Below, piece by piece: positions 31,332 through 40,981 of a stretch of DNA of 42,046 nucleotides. The notes beneath the pieces are model-generated. The model was not told the origin of the DNA and did no database searches. It saw only the letters and a list, made by a program, of their open reading frames with translations. Position numbers and translations under genes: made by a program. Every line of letters begins with the position of its first letter. Positions within the stretch are counted from its first letter, which is position 1. The DNA comes from Coleofasciculus chthonoplastes F2-STO-03. Its GTDB lineage: Bacteria > Cyanobacteriota > Cyanobacteriia > Cyanobacteriales > Coleofasciculaceae. The stretch lies in the NCBI GenBank assembly GCA_040222015.1, contig JAVJWO010000139.1:1-42046 (forward strand). Direction: 5' to 3'.

Positions 31332-31446
31332 TTGACAAGTGATGCAGTTACATCGTCTAATAGAATCTGAAAAAGCGATCGCTCTCCCAGTCGAAGAAAC
31401 TTAAGAGCGATCGCGCCAATGTCCCATTAAATGGGATGTAATTTCT
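31332..31446 (+). promoter_or_regulatory. Cassette 3 leader
   Basis: TTGACA, imperfect palindrome GATGCAGTTACATC, HIP1 stem at 31375-31414, TCCCATTAAATGGGA. Confidence 0.6.
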
Positions 31447-31917
31447 ATGTTATCAACACATACCACAAAAACGCCCACCTTTGAAGCCTCAAAACTCAAT
31501 TACAAATCCTCCACCCGTCACCCTCTAGCACGATTTGTCACCGTCGAGACAGTAGCCTTGCTGTTTAACCGCTCTCCCGACGAGATTTATCGCATCGAAT
31601 GCTGGCAACATATCGTTTACGTTCATGGTAAAGGGTTGAGCCTATTTGTCAGCTACGCCGACTTTCCACCCATCCTAGAAGCTGAACCCCCTACCCATCA
31701 AGACATGGTGCGTTGGCGCAAGCGCTGGAAATCTCCAATTGCTCCAGAGTTTTGGACAAACTTCTATAGATACCAGTTCAACCGAGCGACGAGTGAATCA
31801 CAATTGCTAGCGTGGGGACAATTTATTGCTCTGGTGAAAGGATTACTATCAACAGCCGCCTTACAACACCTGCGCCAAGCCTACCAGCTAGAACAATATT
31901 GGTGGCGTCATTTTTGA
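31447..31917 (+). CDS. Unknown 156-aa protein, cassette copy 3
   Basis: Intact paralogue of 24321-24791. Confidence 0.85.
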   Translation: MLSTHTTKTPTFEASKLNYKSSTRHPLARFVTVETVALLFNRSPDEIYRIECWQHIVYVHGKGLSLFVSYADFPPILEAEPPTHQDMVRWRKRWKSPIAPEFWTNFYRYQFNRATSESQLLAWGQFIALVKGLLSTAALQHLRQAYQLEQYWWRHF

Positions 31918-32107
31918 TGGTTGAATCTGGCTAAACTAGAGGAAAACTATACCTTGAATATGACCATTCAAATGGTATCAACACTTAGAGCAAAAACGCT
32001 TAATAAAATTGAGACGCTTATGTCGTAGCATCGGTAAAAGAGATATAGGTTGAGGACTGCTATTATGGTTAACATCATTGATTTAGCGTTGGTGTTCAGC
32101 CATCATT

Positions 32108-32716
32108 ATGAGCAAAGCCAGGATTCTTGACCCATCCGAGAGCTATACGTTCAGCAAATATGCCCAATTAGCCTACGATACTGCTGATATCCTAGCTGAA
32201 TTCGGTGTCACCCTTAAAAATAGCTCACTCCAACTCCCACAGCAGTTGCCAATCGATCCACAACCCCTGAGAATAGAACTGCAAGAAAATCTCACGCTGG
32301 TCGATCCGGTTTCCGAGATAGCTAGACGTGAAGCCTTGATTTTTCCAATTCTCAAAACGATTTGTAAGTTTATTCAAGTCCCCCTCAAAATTGAATATCC
32401 TGTGCAAGTAAGCAATTGGCTCAAAGGCAGTTTTGATTATTTCATTTCTACTGAACAAAGTTTATTAGTGATTGAAGCGAAAAATGCTGATTTAGCCAAA
32501 GGTTTTACTCAGTTGGCGGTATAATTGATTGCCCTCGATCAATGGACAGATTCAACTGTGCCGATGCTCTATGGCACGGTGACAACAGGGGATACCTGGA
32601 AATTTGCTATTTTTCAGCGTCAAGAAAAAATAGTTCACAAAGATATCAATACATACGCCATTCCTAGCGATCTGAATTGGGTGCTTTCTACTTTGTTTGG
32701 TATAAGTTTGAGTTAG
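32108..32716 (+). pseudogene. PD-(D/E)XK restriction-endonuclease-like gene with a nonsense mutation
   Basis: SE..RRE..I.P, G..DY, VIEAK, GFTQLAV*LIALD, G.VTTG..WKF; in-frame TAA at 32522-32524. Confidence 0.8.
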
Positions 32717-32782
32717 GGGGAGATTTAGAGTGATCGCGTTTCCTGGTTCTTCGGTAAACTCAAGGGTAGTCTTCACCTGATT

Positions 32783-32825
32783 ATCACCCAGCTATGACCA
32801 CAATAATGATTGGCGTCTAAGATAA
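32783..32825 (+). repeat. 43-nt imperfect direct repeat, copy B
   Basis: Matches 24855-24897 at an offset of 7928 nt. Confidence 0.8.
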
Positions 32826-33079
32826 AACAAACCCACCCCACTTAAAAATCTGTCTAATGATCTGATCGCGATCGCTCTCCCTAAAATGATACAAAACTTA
32901 ATTTTATGTCACTTAATTGTCTCCAATTGCATTGTCGTAGACAATTAGGCGTGGTACAGTTCAATGTGGTGTAAAAGTACAGTAAACCGACCAAGTTACC
33001 GTAGATTAAATCGGTACACTATAAATCACGGAACTGGAAACAACCACAAGACGGGTAAGAAGACTGGGAGTTTAGGGAA

Positions 33080-33838
33080 ATGGTAAGTGCGATCGCACAG
33101 AAAACTCAACTGGATCTAGAGGGGGTTAATCGACAACTCGTCGATGCCGATGCTACCTCAATGGTTAAATGGGCAGGCGAAACCTTTGGCGATGGTTTGG
33201 TGATGAGTACTAGCTTCGGCATCCAATCAGCGCTGATGCTGCACTTAGTTACTCGCATCGTGCCTGACATTCCCGTAATTTGGGTCGATACAGGGTATCT
33301 ACCCCCAAAAACCTACAGATTTGCTGAACAGTTAACCGAACAATTAAATCTGAATCTACACATCTATCAGTCGCCCATTACTCCAGCCCGTATGGAAGCC
33401 ATCTATGGCAGACTCTGGACAAAAGATGATCCCGAAGCGCTGAATCAGTATGACTATATGCGTAAAGTTGAACCCATGCAACGGGCATTACGAGACTTAA
33501 AGGCAACAGCATGGCTAGCGGGATTGCGGGCTCAACAGACACATCACCGTCAGACATTGCGTCCAATCGATATTCAGTCTGGGATTTACAAAGTATTACC
33601 TATTCTGCACTGGAATAGCCAAGATGTCCATGAGTACATCACGAAACACAATCTGCCCTATCACCCCTTACGTGAACTTGGCTATGCGACTGTAGGCGAT
33701 TGGCACTCAAGCCGCCCAGTGACTACAGAAGATCAGCACGAACGCGACACCCGCTTCCGGGGAATTAAGCAAGAATGTGGTTTACATCTGCCAAAAACTC
33801 AAGGTGAAGCCCAGAGTCTCGATTCCAGTTCACTTTAA
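33080..33838 (+). CDS. cysH: Phosphoadenosine phosphosulfate reductase
   Basis: STSFG, VDTGYL, RKVEP, C-terminal ECGLH. Confidence 0.95.
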   Translation: MVSAIAQKTQLDLEGVNRQLVDADATSMVKWAGETFGDGLVMSTSFGIQSALMLHLVTRIVPDIPVIWVDTGYLPPKTYRFAEQLTEQLNLNLHIYQSPITPARMEAIYGRLWTKDDPEALNQYDYMRKVEPMQRALRDLKATAWLAGLRAQQTHHRQTLRPIDIQSGIYKVLPILHWNSQDVHEYITKHNLPYHPLRELGYATVGDWHSSRPVTTEDQHERDTRFRGIKQECGLHLPKTQGEAQSLDSSSL

Positions 33839-33876
33839 GGATACTTCTTCAGCGGGGTAATTCCTTCCCAGCACAG

Positions 33877-33907
33877 TTGTAGGGGCGCAAGCCTTGCGCC
33901 CCTACAA
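33877..33907. repeat. GTAG REP palindrome
   Basis: TTGTAGGGGCGCAA-GCC-TTGCGCCCCTACAA. Confidence 0.88.
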
Positions 33908-33950
33908 AATTCATCCAATTAGGTGTGCCACTCTAATGACACAATTTTAA

Positions 33951-34868
33951 TCATTCTAAAAAGCCTTCTTGGATCAGAAATTCTCTAGCCACCTCAGCCG
34001 GTTCGCGCTTTTTGCCACTCACTTCATAATTCAGTCGTCGCATCGTTTCATTGGTTAACTTGGGCGCTAGCTGATTCAGCGCGTCTCGAATTCCTGGATG
34101 CTTGTCTAGTGTTTCTTGACGCACCACGGGTGCAACTTGATAGGGCGGAAAAAAGTTTTGATTATCCTCTAATACAACCAAATTCAACGCGCTGATTTCA
34201 CCATCAGTACCAAATGCGACAGCGACATCGGCTTGCCCTTCGCTTAAGGCTTGATATCTTAACCCCGGATCAGTCGGAATAAATTTTTTAAGTTGAAAGT
34301 CCCCATACACTTGTTTTAACCCAGGTAATCCATCCTCACGTACCTCAAATTCTGGTGGACCAATCAGAGTTAATTGACTTGCCTGATCAACCATATCAGA
34401 AATTGTTTCAATATTATATTCTTTCGCCTCCTCTGGCGTCATTACCAACGCTTGCGTATTATTCATCGGTGCAGGTTCTAACCAAACCAAATTATATTTC
34501 TCCTGATAACTATCCGCCACTGTTTGATAAACCTGCTGCGAATCACTACTGACAGGCCGCTTTAACACAGTTAACAAAGCCGTCCCCGTATACTCTGGAT
34601 ATAAATCAATTTGACCACTTTCCAAACCCGCTTGCGCCACAGGTGTTCCGCCCAAATTTAATTTGCGTTCGACTTCAAACCCTTGATGTTCAAGTACCAA
34701 CGCATACATTTCCCCTAAAATAAATTGCTCAGTAAAATCTTTCGATCCGACCTTAATTGCACTCCCACCTCCCTGACACGCGATCGCGAACAGCATCGTC
34801 AACACAGCCAGTCCAATCAGCGTAACAGTTCGACGCATTCGGGGCATAAATCTACCAAGTCTCAACAT
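33951..34868 (-). CDS. Glycine betaine/osmoprotectant ABC substrate-binding lipoprotein (OpuCC/OsmF type)
   Basis: Lipobox AIAC, VGSKDFTEQ, YPEYTGT, EDNQNFFPPY. Confidence 0.9.
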   Translation of the reverse strand: MLRLGRFMPRMRRTVTLIGLAVLTMLFAIACQGGGSAIKVGSKDFTEQFILGEMYALVLEHQGFEVERKLNLGGTPVAQAGLESGQIDLYPEYTGTALLTVLKRPVSSDSQQVYQTVADSYQEKYNLVWLEPAPMNNTQALVMTPEEAKEYNIETISDMVDQASQLTLIGPPEFEVREDGLPGLKQVYGDFQLKKFIPTDPGLRYQALSEGQADVAVAFGTDGEISALNLVVLEDNQNFFPPYQVAPVVRQETLDKHPGIRDALNQLAPKLTNETMRRLNYEVSGKKREPAEVAREFLIQEGFLE

Positions 34869-34911
34869 TCTTGTATAGTATCAACAAACATCTAGACCAA
34901 GTCTAGTCCTA

Positions 34912-35793
34912 ATGACCAATGACCGGGAAAGCTATACTGAATTTATAGTCATGCAGAACGCGATCGCGAATACTATGATTTGTCATAAAAATTGGATGCT
35001 AGCTTGTTTAAGCTCATGGATAAGTCTAATTGGATTAGCAATTTCACAGCCAGCCCAAGCCGAGTCTTGGCTTGTCACAAATTTTAATAATGAAACTCAA
35101 ATTAAAGATTTGATAAAGTGTGGCTATACTAAGGAACAAATTACGCTGAAAGCTCCTGATAAGGAAGTCTTGAATCAATTAGACATTACACCAGGAAATA
35201 GGATTGAAGACTATGCCGCAACTCGTTGCCAAGGATACCGCCCGCCGATTCCGTTAATGGCGTTAATCCCTCAATCTACATTGGGCAAAACTCTCGATGA
35301 ATATCCAACATTATATTTTTATATTCCGGACGTAAGTTTAAAAAATGTTAAAGCTGAGTTGAGTTTCTACGATCAAAACTTAAAAACTATCATCTATGAA
35401 AAAGAAATACCGCTACAAGGGAGTGATAGCATTGTTGCCGTTGATCTAGCCAAGGCTCCAGATTTACCCCCCTTAGAGGTGGGCAAACCCTATTTCTGGT
35501 ATTTCAGTATCATTTTTGATCAGTATGACCGCAGTGACAGCACTTATGTCGCGGGGTGGATACACAGAGTTACGCCAAATTCCCGAATTAATCAGGAATT
35601 AAACAGAGCTACCCCTGAGGCGAAGCCTGCTATATATGCCAATCATGGGATTTGGTATGAAACTCTTGACAGTCTAGCCCAGTTGCGTTGTTCCGAGCCT
35701 GAGGATTCTACTCTAGCATCAAATTGGCAATCTGTATTGCAGCAAGTTGGATTATCCGACATTGCTAGAAAACCGTTGGCGCAATGTCATTGA
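34912..35793 (+). CDS. DUF928-domain secreted protein
   Basis: Signal peptide (AQA); LMALIP..G.T...PTLYFYIP, LEVGKPYFW, YANHGIWYETL; start uncertain. Confidence 0.85.
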   Translation: MTNDRESYTEFIVMQNAIANTMICHKNWMLACLSSWISLIGLAISQPAQAESWLVTNFNNETQIKDLIKCGYTKEQITLKAPDKEVLNQLDITPGNRIEDYAATRCQGYRPPIPLMALIPQSTLGKTLDEYPTLYFYIPDVSLKNVKAELSFYDQNLKTIIYEKEIPLQGSDSIVAVDLAKAPDLPPLEVGKPYFWYFSIIFDQYDRSDSTYVAGWIHRVTPNSRINQELNRATPEAKPAIYANHGIWYETLDSLAQLRCSEPEDSTLASNWQSVLQQVGLSDIARKPLAQCH

Positions 35794-35921
35794 GCCCTAA
35801 TAGCCGATCAGTTCTCGGAATCGACGGAGTAACCTGAGTATAGGGGATCACAAGGAACCCATCCAGTTTAGCGCTAAGCTAATCTGGGATCATTCTTGCC
35901 AGATTCATTACAACCAATACT

Positions 35922-36812
35922 ATGGCGTGGGTATTTTCAGGACAATTAAGGGTTGAGCGGATAACGGTTGCGATCGCGAATTTGCCGCCGTCGTTGCAAG
36001 GAACCAAATTGGTACAGCTTACCGATTTACATTATGATGGTTTTCGCCTGTCGGAAGCGATGTTAGCTGAGGCAATTCAAGTCAGTAATCAGGCTGAACC
36101 AGATTTAGTGCTGTTAACCGGAGACTACATCACATATCAGCCAGAACCGATTCATCAACTGGTACGACGATTAAAATACCTGGAAAGTCGTGCTGGAGTC
36201 TATGCGGTACTGGGAAACCACGATATTTATCATCACCAAGCCAAAACCACAGTCACTGAGGCGCTAACCCAGATTGGCGTGCGTGTTTTATGGAATGAAA
36301 TTGTCTATCCTTTAGGGAAGGAATTAGCCTTGGTGGGATTAGCGGATTTTTGGTCGCGTGAGTTCAATCCCGCCCCGGTGATGAACCAAATCGATCCTCA
36401 AATACCCCGTATCGTCTTATCTCATAACCCAGATACGGCTGAACCTTTGCAGGAATGGCGCATTGATTTACAACTATCGGGTCATACCCATGGGGGTCAA
36501 GTGGTTATTCCCGGATTTGGACCCATCGCCTTATTGCTACCGATTCTGCGGCGATATGTCCCTCGACCTCTGCACAAATGGATTCCCTTCCTGAGAGAAT
36601 GTTATCAAGTGGTCGATCATTGGGAATGGGGTCAAGGAATGCATCAGATTGGTGCAAATTGTATGTATGTGAATCGTGGATTGGGAACTTACGCACCTGG
36701 ACGCCTATTTTGTCCGCCAGAAGTTACCATAATTACTTTGGCGAGGGCAAAGGGAACAGGAAACAGGGAACAGGGAATGGGCAAACCAGTATCGCTAGAA
36801 ACAGGTAATTAA
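35922..36812 (+). CDS. Metallophosphoesterase (YkuE/YaeI-like)
   Basis: DLH, GD, GNHD, SHNP, GHTHGGQ motifs. Confidence 0.92.
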   Translation: MAWVFSGQLRVERITVAIANLPPSLQGTKLVQLTDLHYDGFRLSEAMLAEAIQVSNQAEPDLVLLTGDYITYQPEPIHQLVRRLKYLESRAGVYAVLGNHDIYHHQAKTTVTEALTQIGVRVLWNEIVYPLGKELALVGLADFWSREFNPAPVMNQIDPQIPRIVLSHNPDTAEPLQEWRIDLQLSGHTHGGQVVIPGFGPIALLLPILRRYVPRPLHKWIPFLRECYQVVDHWEWGQGMHQIGANCMYVNRGLGTYAPGRLFCPPEVTIITLARAKGTGNREQGMGKPVSLETGN

Positions 36813-36813
36813 T

Positions 36814-37938
36814 ATGTTGGGGTTCATCCGGTCAGATTTGGCTCAATTTACGGCTTACACTCCTAATCCAGGGGGAGATTCGGGTAAGCCAATCCTATCG
36901 TCGCGCGATCGCGTGGATGCGAATGAAAGTCCTGATGATTTGCCCGTTGAATTAAAAGAAAAGCTGACATGGACATATCAACAGGAGATTGAGGCGAACC
37001 GCTATCCCGATGGTTCTCATCAAGCCCTCAAAGACGCGATCGCGCATTATGTGACGGAATCAGCTGATCTAGAAACACCCGTAACCTCTAGCCAAATCTC
37101 AGTCGGTAATGGTTCGGATGAACTGATTCGTTCTCTATTAATTGCCACCTGTTTACGGGGAGAAGGGTCAATTCTCGTCGCCAATCCCACGTTTTCCATG
37201 TACGGGATTCTGGCGCAAACCCTGGGTATTCCTGTGGTAACAGTTGAGCGTTCTCCGGATAACTTTGAGATTAACCTAGATCAAGCCCAACGTGCGATCG
37301 CCCAATCTGAACATCCCCCTATCCGTGTCGTTTTCGTTGTTCACCCCAACTCCCCGACAGGCAATTCTCTCACGGCGTCTGAACTCAAATGGTTGCGAAG
37401 TTTACCTGATCATATTTTGGTGGTGATTGATGAGGCATACTTTGAATTTAGCCAAACCTCTGTGGTTAAAGAATTAGCGCAGCATCCCAACTGGGCAATT
37501 CTGCGAACTTTTTCCAAAGCCTTTCGCTTAGCCGCCCATCGGGTAGGATACTGTATCGCCCACCCCGAATTAATTGCCGCATTAGAAAAAATGCGCTTAC
37601 CTTATAATTTACCCAGCTTTTCCCAAGCCGCCGCCCTTGTCGCCCTGACTCACCGCGATCAACTCTTAGCCGCGATTCCCCAAATTATTGCCGAACGCGA
37701 TAAATTATTAGCAGCATTATCAGAGTATCCCGGCTTACAAGTTTGGTCGAGTTCTGCCAATTTTATTTATATTCGCCCTCGCCAATTGGAACAAAATAGC
37801 TTAATTCAGATTGTTCAACAAATGAAAGCCCAAGGTACAGTAATCCGGAATACAGGTGGCGGATTACGCATTACTGTGGGTTCTCCAGAGGAGAATCAGC
37901 GCACCTTACAGCGATTGCAAACAGTTCTGCTCCATTGA
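36814..37938 (+). CDS. hisC: Histidinol-phosphate aminotransferase
   Basis: [37 protein letters not shown]. Confidence 0.93.
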   Translation: MLGFIRSDLAQFTAYTPNPGGDSGKPILSSRDRVDANESPDDLPVELKEKLTWTYQQEIEANRYPDGSHQALKDAIAHYVTESADLETPVTSSQISVGNGSDELIRSLLIATCLRGEGSILVANPTFSMYGILAQTLGIPVVTVERSPDNFEINLDQAQRAIAQSEHPPIRVVFVVHPNSPTGNSLTASELKWLRSLPDHILVVIDEAYFEFSQTSVVKELAQHPNWAILRTFSKAFRLAAHRVGYCIAHPELIAALEKMRLPYNLPSFSQAAALVALTHRDQLLAAIPQIIAERDKLLAALSEYPGLQVWSSSANFIYIRPRQLEQNSLIQIVQQMKAQGTVIRNTGGGLRITVGSPEENQRTLQRLQTVLLH

Positions 37939-37969
37939 CTTAGTTTTTTATTCTTTAGGCGATTGGATA

Positions 37970-38041
37970 AGTATTAATACTGCTCGAAAAGATCTGGGTA
38001 TTAATACTTGATTGACATTCCTTTGAATAATGAACTATACT
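37970..38041 (+). promoter_or_regulatory. Sigma70-type promoter with tandem palindromic operators
   Basis: GTATTAATAC at 37971-37980 and 37998-38007; TTGACA (38012)-N18-TATACT (38036). Confidence 0.6.
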
Positions 38042-38342
38042 GACTCCATCAAGACAAAGGGAATACAGCTCAGCTAAATCATCTTACAAAATTTATATTC
38101 TGCACAATGATCAGCCAAGCTTTTTAATAATCTAAGAGTCTTGGGTTGACTCAAGATTATTAACTTGCTTTAAATCAGCCATATATGCCTGTGCAAAGTA
38201 TCACTTGATGCAAATGATGCAAATGATCGATGCAGCTAATGCTATTCTCACCCATCCTATCCTGAGGTTGAAAAGCTTTGGGAGCTTGACTGCAAGTATG
38301 ATTTTTTCAGACTAACAGCAGAGTGAGAGTGAGGATACACAA

Positions 38343-38654
38343 ATGATTGACAAAGTAGCCAACAGTTTTGGGGCTAAGATTAACCTACAGCTTCCCCAGT
38401 CGAATCAACACCAAACATTTTTGGTCAAATCGGCTTATCCCCAAGTCAATCTTCCAGCTCTCATCTCCTCCCAGGGAGGGCAAATTTTAATTGATGGCAG
38501 AGTATGGGTAATTGCCCAACTTATGTTCCATCAGGCTATGGAATTACGCAAGCTTCGTGAAATTGCTTTCGTTGGAGGTATCACCTTAGATCCTCAGCGT
38601 TTTACCGCCTTTTCACAGCCTTTAGAAAACTCGCAGGGTTCATCTTATAACTAA
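38343..38654 (+). CDS. Hypothetical protein
   Basis: 103 aa with GAGG RBS; first gene of a co-directional cluster. Confidence 0.6.
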   Translation: MIDKVANSFGAKINLQLPQSNQHQTFLVKSAYPQVNLPALISSQGGQILIDGRVWVIAQLMFHQAMELRKLREIAFVGGITLDPQRFTAFSQPLENSQGSSYN

Positions 38655-38693
38655 GGTCAAACTAACATTCTAGTTTTAGAAGAGGAATAAATC

Positions 38694-39215
38694 ATGCCCA
38701 GCGTTGGACAAGAACTTCTCGATGTGCCACTTCCCGAAATGGTAGCCAAGCTAGCAATGGGTATTGCCACCGCCCAAGCTGCCTTAGACGAGAATTCGGT
38801 TAACACGGCACAGTTACTGGCAGAAACAGAAGTTCCGGTTGTGTTCGGTGTTAGTCAGATTATTGCTGAGGATGGCACAGTCAGCTTTACCCAATCACCT
38901 CCTATCGATGTCTCACTTTTACAAATTGGTCTATTGCCGACATTTTACCAGTTTTCTGAAGCCACTATTGAGGTTTCAATGGACATTAAAACGACAACCA
39001 GTCGGCAGACTAATGTTAACGTATCCGCCAAGGCAAAAGTTGGCTTTGCCTTATGGAGTTCATCGGTAAGAGTTGATGTCTCTCATAACCGCAAATTTGG
39101 CAAGGAAGTGCAGGGGACAAGTCGCTTGTTTACTCGCCTCGCTCCCGTCCCCCCACCCGAACGGATTGCACCTATATTGACAGTGGTAGATAATCGTCCT
39201 GATGGAGGTGCATAA
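38694..39215 (+). CDS. DUF2589-like protein with amphipathic beta-hairpin
   Basis: GIATAQAALD, SLLQIGLLPTFYQFSEATIEV, LAPVPPP; GAGG RBS. Confidence 0.75.
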   Translation: MPSVGQELLDVPLPEMVAKLAMGIATAQAALDENSVNTAQLLAETEVPVVFGVSQIIAEDGTVSFTQSPPIDVSLLQIGLLPTFYQFSEATIEVSMDIKTTTSRQTNVNVSAKAKVGFALWSSSVRVDVSHNRKFGKEVQGTSRLFTRLAPVPPPERIAPILTVVDNRPDGGA

Positions 39216-39748
39216 TGGCATTCGATCTCACACCCAAAGATCCAAATGAGCCAATTCAGGAACTGGCGGGTGCGTCATTAGCGGAAGTCCTGACTCAACT
39301 TGCAGAAGCAATTGCCGAAGGACAGGCGAGGCTTGATCTATCATCCGCCCAAGTTGTTCAGGAGTTAGCACAAACTCAAGTTGATATTGTCCCCAGTATT
39401 CGGCAGATTATCCGAGAAGATGGGACGGTAGAATTTCAACAAGCTGAACCTGTCAGGGTGAGCTTACTTGATTTGGGCATATTGCCGACGTTCCTTGCCT
39501 TTTCTGAAGCAACAGCAGAGGTAGTCATGGATCTGAAAGTGGTGGAGAATGTCACTCAATCTGCTGGCAATACCAACAAACGCAAGTCTCTGTTTGCGGC
39601 GACTCAATCCCTAAGAACAGAACGACGTTTGAATCGGGACGTTAGCGTACACACAAAATTGACGGCTAAATTAGTGCCAGTACCCGTACCCGCTCGTTTA
39701 CAACCGATAATCACCGTGGAAGATCAACGCGAGGGAGGGGGTGTCTGA
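39215..39748 (+). CDS. Paralogue of 38694-39215
   Basis: AIAEGQARLD, QIIREDGTV, SLLDLGILPTF..FSEAT.EV, LVPVPVP; TAATG coupling. Confidence 0.78.
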   Translation: MAFDLTPKDPNEPIQELAGASLAEVLTQLAEAIAEGQARLDLSSAQVVQELAQTQVDIVPSIRQIIREDGTVEFQQAEPVRVSLLDLGILPTFLAFSEATAEVVMDLKVVENVTQSAGNTNKRKSLFAATQSLRTERRLNRDVSVHTKLTAKLVPVPVPARLQPIITVEDQREGGGV

Positions 39749-40239
39749 TGGCGAACGATAAGATGCGTATTGATGCCTTTCTTAGTGAGTTCGGCAAGTC
39801 GATGATCCAAGCTCAAGCTCAGATCAATGCTGAGGTACTGGAGCATCCTGTTGGTTTTGAAGGGTTACAAACAGGTATCGCCATCAGCGAGACGGAGATT
39901 GACTTAAAAATGGTCTTCGACGAAGACAGTTCTGGAGTTAATATTCGACCTGTGAGTGCGGGAGAGGCAAGACTAGCGGATCTTAATCCTGGTGTTCTAT
40001 CTGGGTTACGCGCTCGCTTGGTGGCAGTCCCTAATGAGGAAATCCGTCCACCCGTGCGGAAACCGTCAGACATTCGCGAGCAGGTTCTTTCTCGTCCCGA
40101 TATCACTCGCTTGCAGGACGTCTTTGGCGAACTGCAAGTCGAAACCACCTACGTCGGTGCGGCACGACGGTGGATTGTAGATGTGAAGGAACTCAGAGGT
40201 CAAACCCTTCGCAGTATCCAGATTTCCGATAGTGAATAG
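39748..40239 (+). CDS. Distant DUF2589/Trypco-like protein
   Basis: SMIQAQAQIN helix, AISETEIDLKM strand, LSGLRARLVAVP; TGATG coupling. Confidence 0.7.
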   Translation: MANDKMRIDAFLSEFGKSMIQAQAQINAEVLEHPVGFEGLQTGIAISETEIDLKMVFDEDSSGVNIRPVSAGEARLADLNPGVLSGLRARLVAVPNEEIRPPVRKPSDIREQVLSRPDITRLQDVFGELQVETTYVGAARRWIVDVKELRGQTLRSIQISDSE

Positions 40240-40379
40240 TCATTAGCTCAGTTGAGCTATACAAATCTCCAGAATTGGGGTACAATTATAAGCTTTGGTG
40301 TTTTGTTCCTACTTAGAGTTTGTACCCTCATTCTTCCATTGAAAAGTATATTAACATAAATTGAGAGTAGTACAAAAGT

Positions 40380-40898
40380 ATGGTTGAAGCACTAACGATC
40401 AAGGAGGCTCAACAGCAAATCGAGGGGTTAATCAAAGAAAATCGGCTATCCAGTGAAACCATCGAAGCTCTTGAGAAAGAGATTAATCTATTTAAACAGA
40501 AAACCCAAGAGGCGGTTCAAGCTCAGCAAAAAGCCGAGACAGAAATAAAGGTAGCTCAGCAACAAATACAGGATCTACAGCCTCAAGTTGCTCAGTTAAA
40601 AGAACTTAATACTCAGCTTCAATCTCAAGTTCAACGCTTGTCTGCACAGGTAAAAGAAACTCCACTACAACCCCTGACTCCAGAGGAAGGTTCAGCTCTG
40701 CTTGACCGAACGTTCCAAGCCTTCCGTGGCATAAAAAATTTGAGAGTGGTAGACGCTGACATCACACTCAAGCTAGCGACTGGCAAACTCGGAGATCAGT
40801 CTGTTTTAATTTTTCCACAACCGGGTTCTGTTGATTCTTCAACTCTCCATGAAATAAAGTTTAAGCTCCGCAGTGACGATTCACTGAGTCAACCCTGA
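40380..40898 (+). CDS. Coiled-coil protein with Trypco-like C-terminal domain
   Basis: ~95-aa Q/E/K heptad region, then helix, LRVVDADITLKL and LHEIKFKL. Confidence 0.7.
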   Translation: MVEALTIKEAQQQIEGLIKENRLSSETIEALEKEINLFKQKTQEAVQAQQKAETEIKVAQQQIQDLQPQVAQLKELNTQLQSQVQRLSAQVKETPLQPLTPEEGSALLDRTFQAFRGIKNLRVVDADITLKLATGKLGDQSVLIFPQPGSVDSSTLHEIKFKLRSDDSLSQP

Positions 40899-40946
40899 GC
40901 TTGATATATAGCAAAAGGCTTCAGGGCATAAGGTTTATTACTGTGA

Positions 40947-40974
40947 TAGAGACGTTCCGACGGAACGTCTCTAC
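40947..40974. repeat. GTAG REP palindrome
   Basis: TAGAGACGTTCCG-A-CGGAACGTCTCTAC. Confidence 0.85.
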
Positions 40975-40981
40975 GAAATTC

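Noticed and set aside
32522..32524. Recoded stop codon (Sec/Pyl)
   Set aside because: The codon is TAA, and no recoding element is evident
21176..32825. Prophage
   Set aside because: No integrase, terminase, capsid or replication genes
36751..36780. Functional C-terminal extension of the metallophosphoesterase
   Set aside because: It is a GGGAACA-type heptamer repeat read through in frame
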